Shown here piece after piece: positions 62,277 through 64,000 of a stretch of 64,000 bases of DNA. How positions within the stretch are numbered: the first letter of the stretch is position 1; each line of letters opens with the position of its first letter. Under the pieces are notes generated by a model. The model was not told the DNA's origin, searched no databases, and saw only the letters and a list, made by a program, of their open reading frames with translations. The position numbers were made by a program, and so were the translations under genes. The stretch is from an uncultured Candidatus Saccharibacteria bacterium (GTDB taxonomy: Bacteria > Patescibacteriota > Saccharimonadia > Saccharimonadales > JAGPDM01), in NCBI GenBank assembly GCA_964622235.1, contig CAZUNB010000001.1:9360-73359 (forward strand), written 5' to 3'.

Positions 62277-64000
62277 TGGGTGGCGGAAACGCAGCATACA
62301 ATCTTAGAAAGATGGCTCCGAGAATCTTGATTGCATTTATCGGGGTGCAATTGTCATTCTTTTTATCTTCACTAATGATCGATATTTTCAATGGGCTTGG
62401 TAGTGGTGTTGCCAACCTTTTTTACCAAATCGCTGACGCCAACAACATTCCGATTGTTGACACCACCGCAATACAAGGCGGTCAGCTCGGTCAAGGAGCG
62501 GCAATTTTGGGTCTGGGAACAGCGGCGGCGGCTGGAATCTTGACTACAGCCGCCGCGGGCGGTGGCATCATACCAGCCATGGTTGGGTTTGGCGTTATGG
62601 CCTTGATTGTTGTTATCGTGGCTGGCTTAACGTTGGTCCTGCGCCAAATCCTTATTATCGGATTAGTCATTGTATCCCCACTAGCATTTGTGGCCTACCT
62701 CATACCAAACCTCGAGCAATACTTCAAAAAATGGTGGTCATCCTACCTAAAACTACTGATGATGTATCCGCTAATCGTTGGGCTTTTTGGTGTTGGTAAG
62801 ATTGCCGGACAAATTGCCAGCATCACAGCCGCAAACGCACAAGGCACACCAGGTAATGGCGGTATTGCTAGCAGTCCTACGATGATTTTAATGGCGTTCT
62901 TAGCCAATGTTATTCCGCTCGGTCTCGTTCCATATACCCTCAAGTTCGGAGGGGGAATTATGGCTGCTGGAGGTAACATCGGCCGACAGCTCGGATCGAA
63001 AACAGGCAAGACTTTGCGCGATCCAAACAGCCGATTCTTAAGAAGCTCAAAAGACAATGCCGCTAAAAAAGGACAGCTCAAAAGAGACAGGCGGGTTCAG
63101 GGCCAACAATCCGAGGACGCCACAAACTATGGGCTTGGTCGAGCGCTAAAGAAGCTGCCAGGTAAGGGCGGAATAGCTAACGCGTATGCGGGTGCGCACA
63201 AAGCCGTAACAGGCAAAGAGGGTTTACTCTCCAATTTCCGAAGCGCCACCGCTAAACAAGCGCGACACGAGCGCCTCGAGGCAGGCAACGATGAGGCAAT
63301 AAAGCGCAGAGACGAAGCTGCAGCAGCAGCATATCGACCAGAGAAAGCCGTTGGAGCTGGTATATTTGCGCAAACTGGCGGCGACCATGATCTTATAAAA
63401 AAGAAGAGAAATGAACTAGAGGCAGCTGTTGAAGCAGGCGAGCAAGATCAAGTAGTTTTGGATGGGTTCAACGAAATGGCGCAGTATGAAGGTAACGATG
63501 AGGCAGTCTTTGCGGCAGCTCGCTTTGCAATGCAACACGACAAAGCTGGATCCAACATGACGGAAAGAGGAGAATTCTTAAATAATGTCATTCAGAATGT
63601 TGATACTTCAACCGAGGGAGGCAAGGCACGAGCAGCGGCCTTTGTCGCTTCGACAGCAGGCATCGGACACCCATACAGTAAAGACATTGGCATGACCTTC
63701 GACGGAGAAGGCCCTGACGCCAAACCTGTTATTAACTTCGGCTCTAAGGCCGGCAAGGGCTATAACGCAGAACAAGGCTTCGCCTATGCAATGTCTAAAC
63801 ACCAAAGCTACAATCTTAGCAACCTCAACGATGGCCAGGTTACAGAACTGCTTGATCATAACGTACGCCTGGCGACAGACAGCTCCTATGCCACTATGGA
63901 GTCACTACGAACTGGCAAGTCAGTTAAAGCAGTTCAAGGGAATGCCGAGAAGAATATTCGGGATATGTACAGTTACAACGCCCAGTCTAGAGCTGGTCTC
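62276..64000 (+). CDS. Polytopic Gly-rich membrane protein with long hydrophilic C-terminal region, TrbL/VirB6-like candidate (partial, runs off the window end)
   Basis: My own translation from ATG 62276 stays open to the window end (at least 574 codons). The ORF track does not list it because there is no stop. N-terminal about 250 aa form 5-6 hydrophobic helices with Gly-rich loops (GGQLGQGAAILGLGTAAAAGILTTAAAGGGIIPAMVGFGVMALIVVIVAGL). The rest is charged and Ala/Lys-rich. Confidence 0.45.
   Translation, partial: MGGGNAAYNLRKMAPRILIAFIGVQLSFFLSSLMIDIFNGLGSGVANLFYQIADANNIPIVDTTAIQGGQLGQGAAILGLGTAAAAGILTTAAAGGGIIPAMVGFGVMALIVVIVAGLTLVLRQILIIGLVIVSPLAFVAYLIPNLEQYFKKWWSSYLKLLMMYPLIVGLFGVGKIAGQIASITAANAQGTPGNGGIASSPTMILMAFLANVIPLGLVPYTLKFGGGIMAAGGNIGRQLGSKTGKTLRDPNSRFLRSSKDNAAKKGQLKRDRRVQGQQSEDATNYGLGRALKKLPGKGGIANAYAGAHKAVTGKEGLLSNFRSATAKQARHERLEAGNDEAIKRRDEAAAAAYRPEKAVGAGIFAQTGGDHDLIKKKRNELEAAVEAGEQDQVVLDGFNEMAQYEGNDEAVFAAARFAMQHDKAGSNMTERGEFLNNVIQNVDTSTEGGKARAAAFVASTAGIGHPYSKDIGMTFDGEGPDAKPVINFGSKAGKGYNAEQGFAYAMSKHQSYNLSNLNDGQVTELLDHNVRLATDSSYATMESLRTGKSVKAVQGNAEKNIRDMYSYNAQSRAGL

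Noticed and set aside
1-64000. Alternative genetic code (TGA or TAA recoding, as in some candidate-phyla lineages)
   Set aside because: Long conserved genes (groEL, valS, pgi, purD, ABC ATPases) read through with no internal TGA/TAA/TAG, and all three stop codons terminate well-defined ORFs. The single in-frame TAA in the Fem paralogue and the A7 frameshift are isolated events.
1-64000. CRISPR arrays, rRNA genes, insertion sequences
   Set aside because: No direct-repeat/spacer periodicity, no rRNA-like conserved stretches, and no transposase/IS-like ORFs or terminal inverted repeats were seen on either strand.

Overview
This 64-kb window reads as chromosomal DNA from a low-GC bacterium using the standard genetic code (groEL, valS and pgi read through with no internal stops). 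It appears to have a Gram-positive-type envelope. The evidence is three LPxTG-type sortase substrates, a FemAB-family gene pair next to a MurE-like ligase, and no recognisable outer-membrane proteins. A reduced-genome Saccharibacteria/Patescibacteria-like origin is my guess, not something the sequence establishes.

Recognisable housekeeping genes are valS, tsaD, purM-like, purD, pgi, groES-groEL (with a CIRCE operator), an Hsp20, a HIT protein, an SDR oxidoreductase, a YjeF-C type NAD(P)H-hydrate dehydratase, an aquaporin, and three ABC transporter systems (a heterodimeric exporter pair, an ABC-2 system and a MacB/FtsX-like system). There are also two HAD phosphatases, a histidine phosphatase, a SAM methyltransferase, ComFC, and four tRNAs (three tRNA-Ser and one tRNA-Arg).

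The accessory part worth most attention is 55.5 kb to the end of the window. Seven translationally coupled minus-strand genes sit there, six of which end in the same about 60-aa two-helix pilin-like module (TrbC/VirB2-like by topology). Two of the six carry Cys-rich ectodomains. A divergent operon follows with an RR-motif protein, a Cys-rich membrane protein and a partial Gly-rich polytopic (TrbL/VirB6-like) protein. I read this as a candidate type IV secretion or pilus-like surface system; no ATPase is visible inside the window.

Other notable items are a RelA/SpoT homologue with synthetase motifs upstream of its HD domain, a decaying pseudo-tRNA-Ser repeat family after every tRNA-Ser gene, a FemAB paralogue broken by one in-frame TAA, a DUF4352-like gene frameshifted at an A7 run, and a probable HExxH-less M48-like pseudo-peptidase. 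I saw no CRISPR array, rRNA, transposase or integrase.
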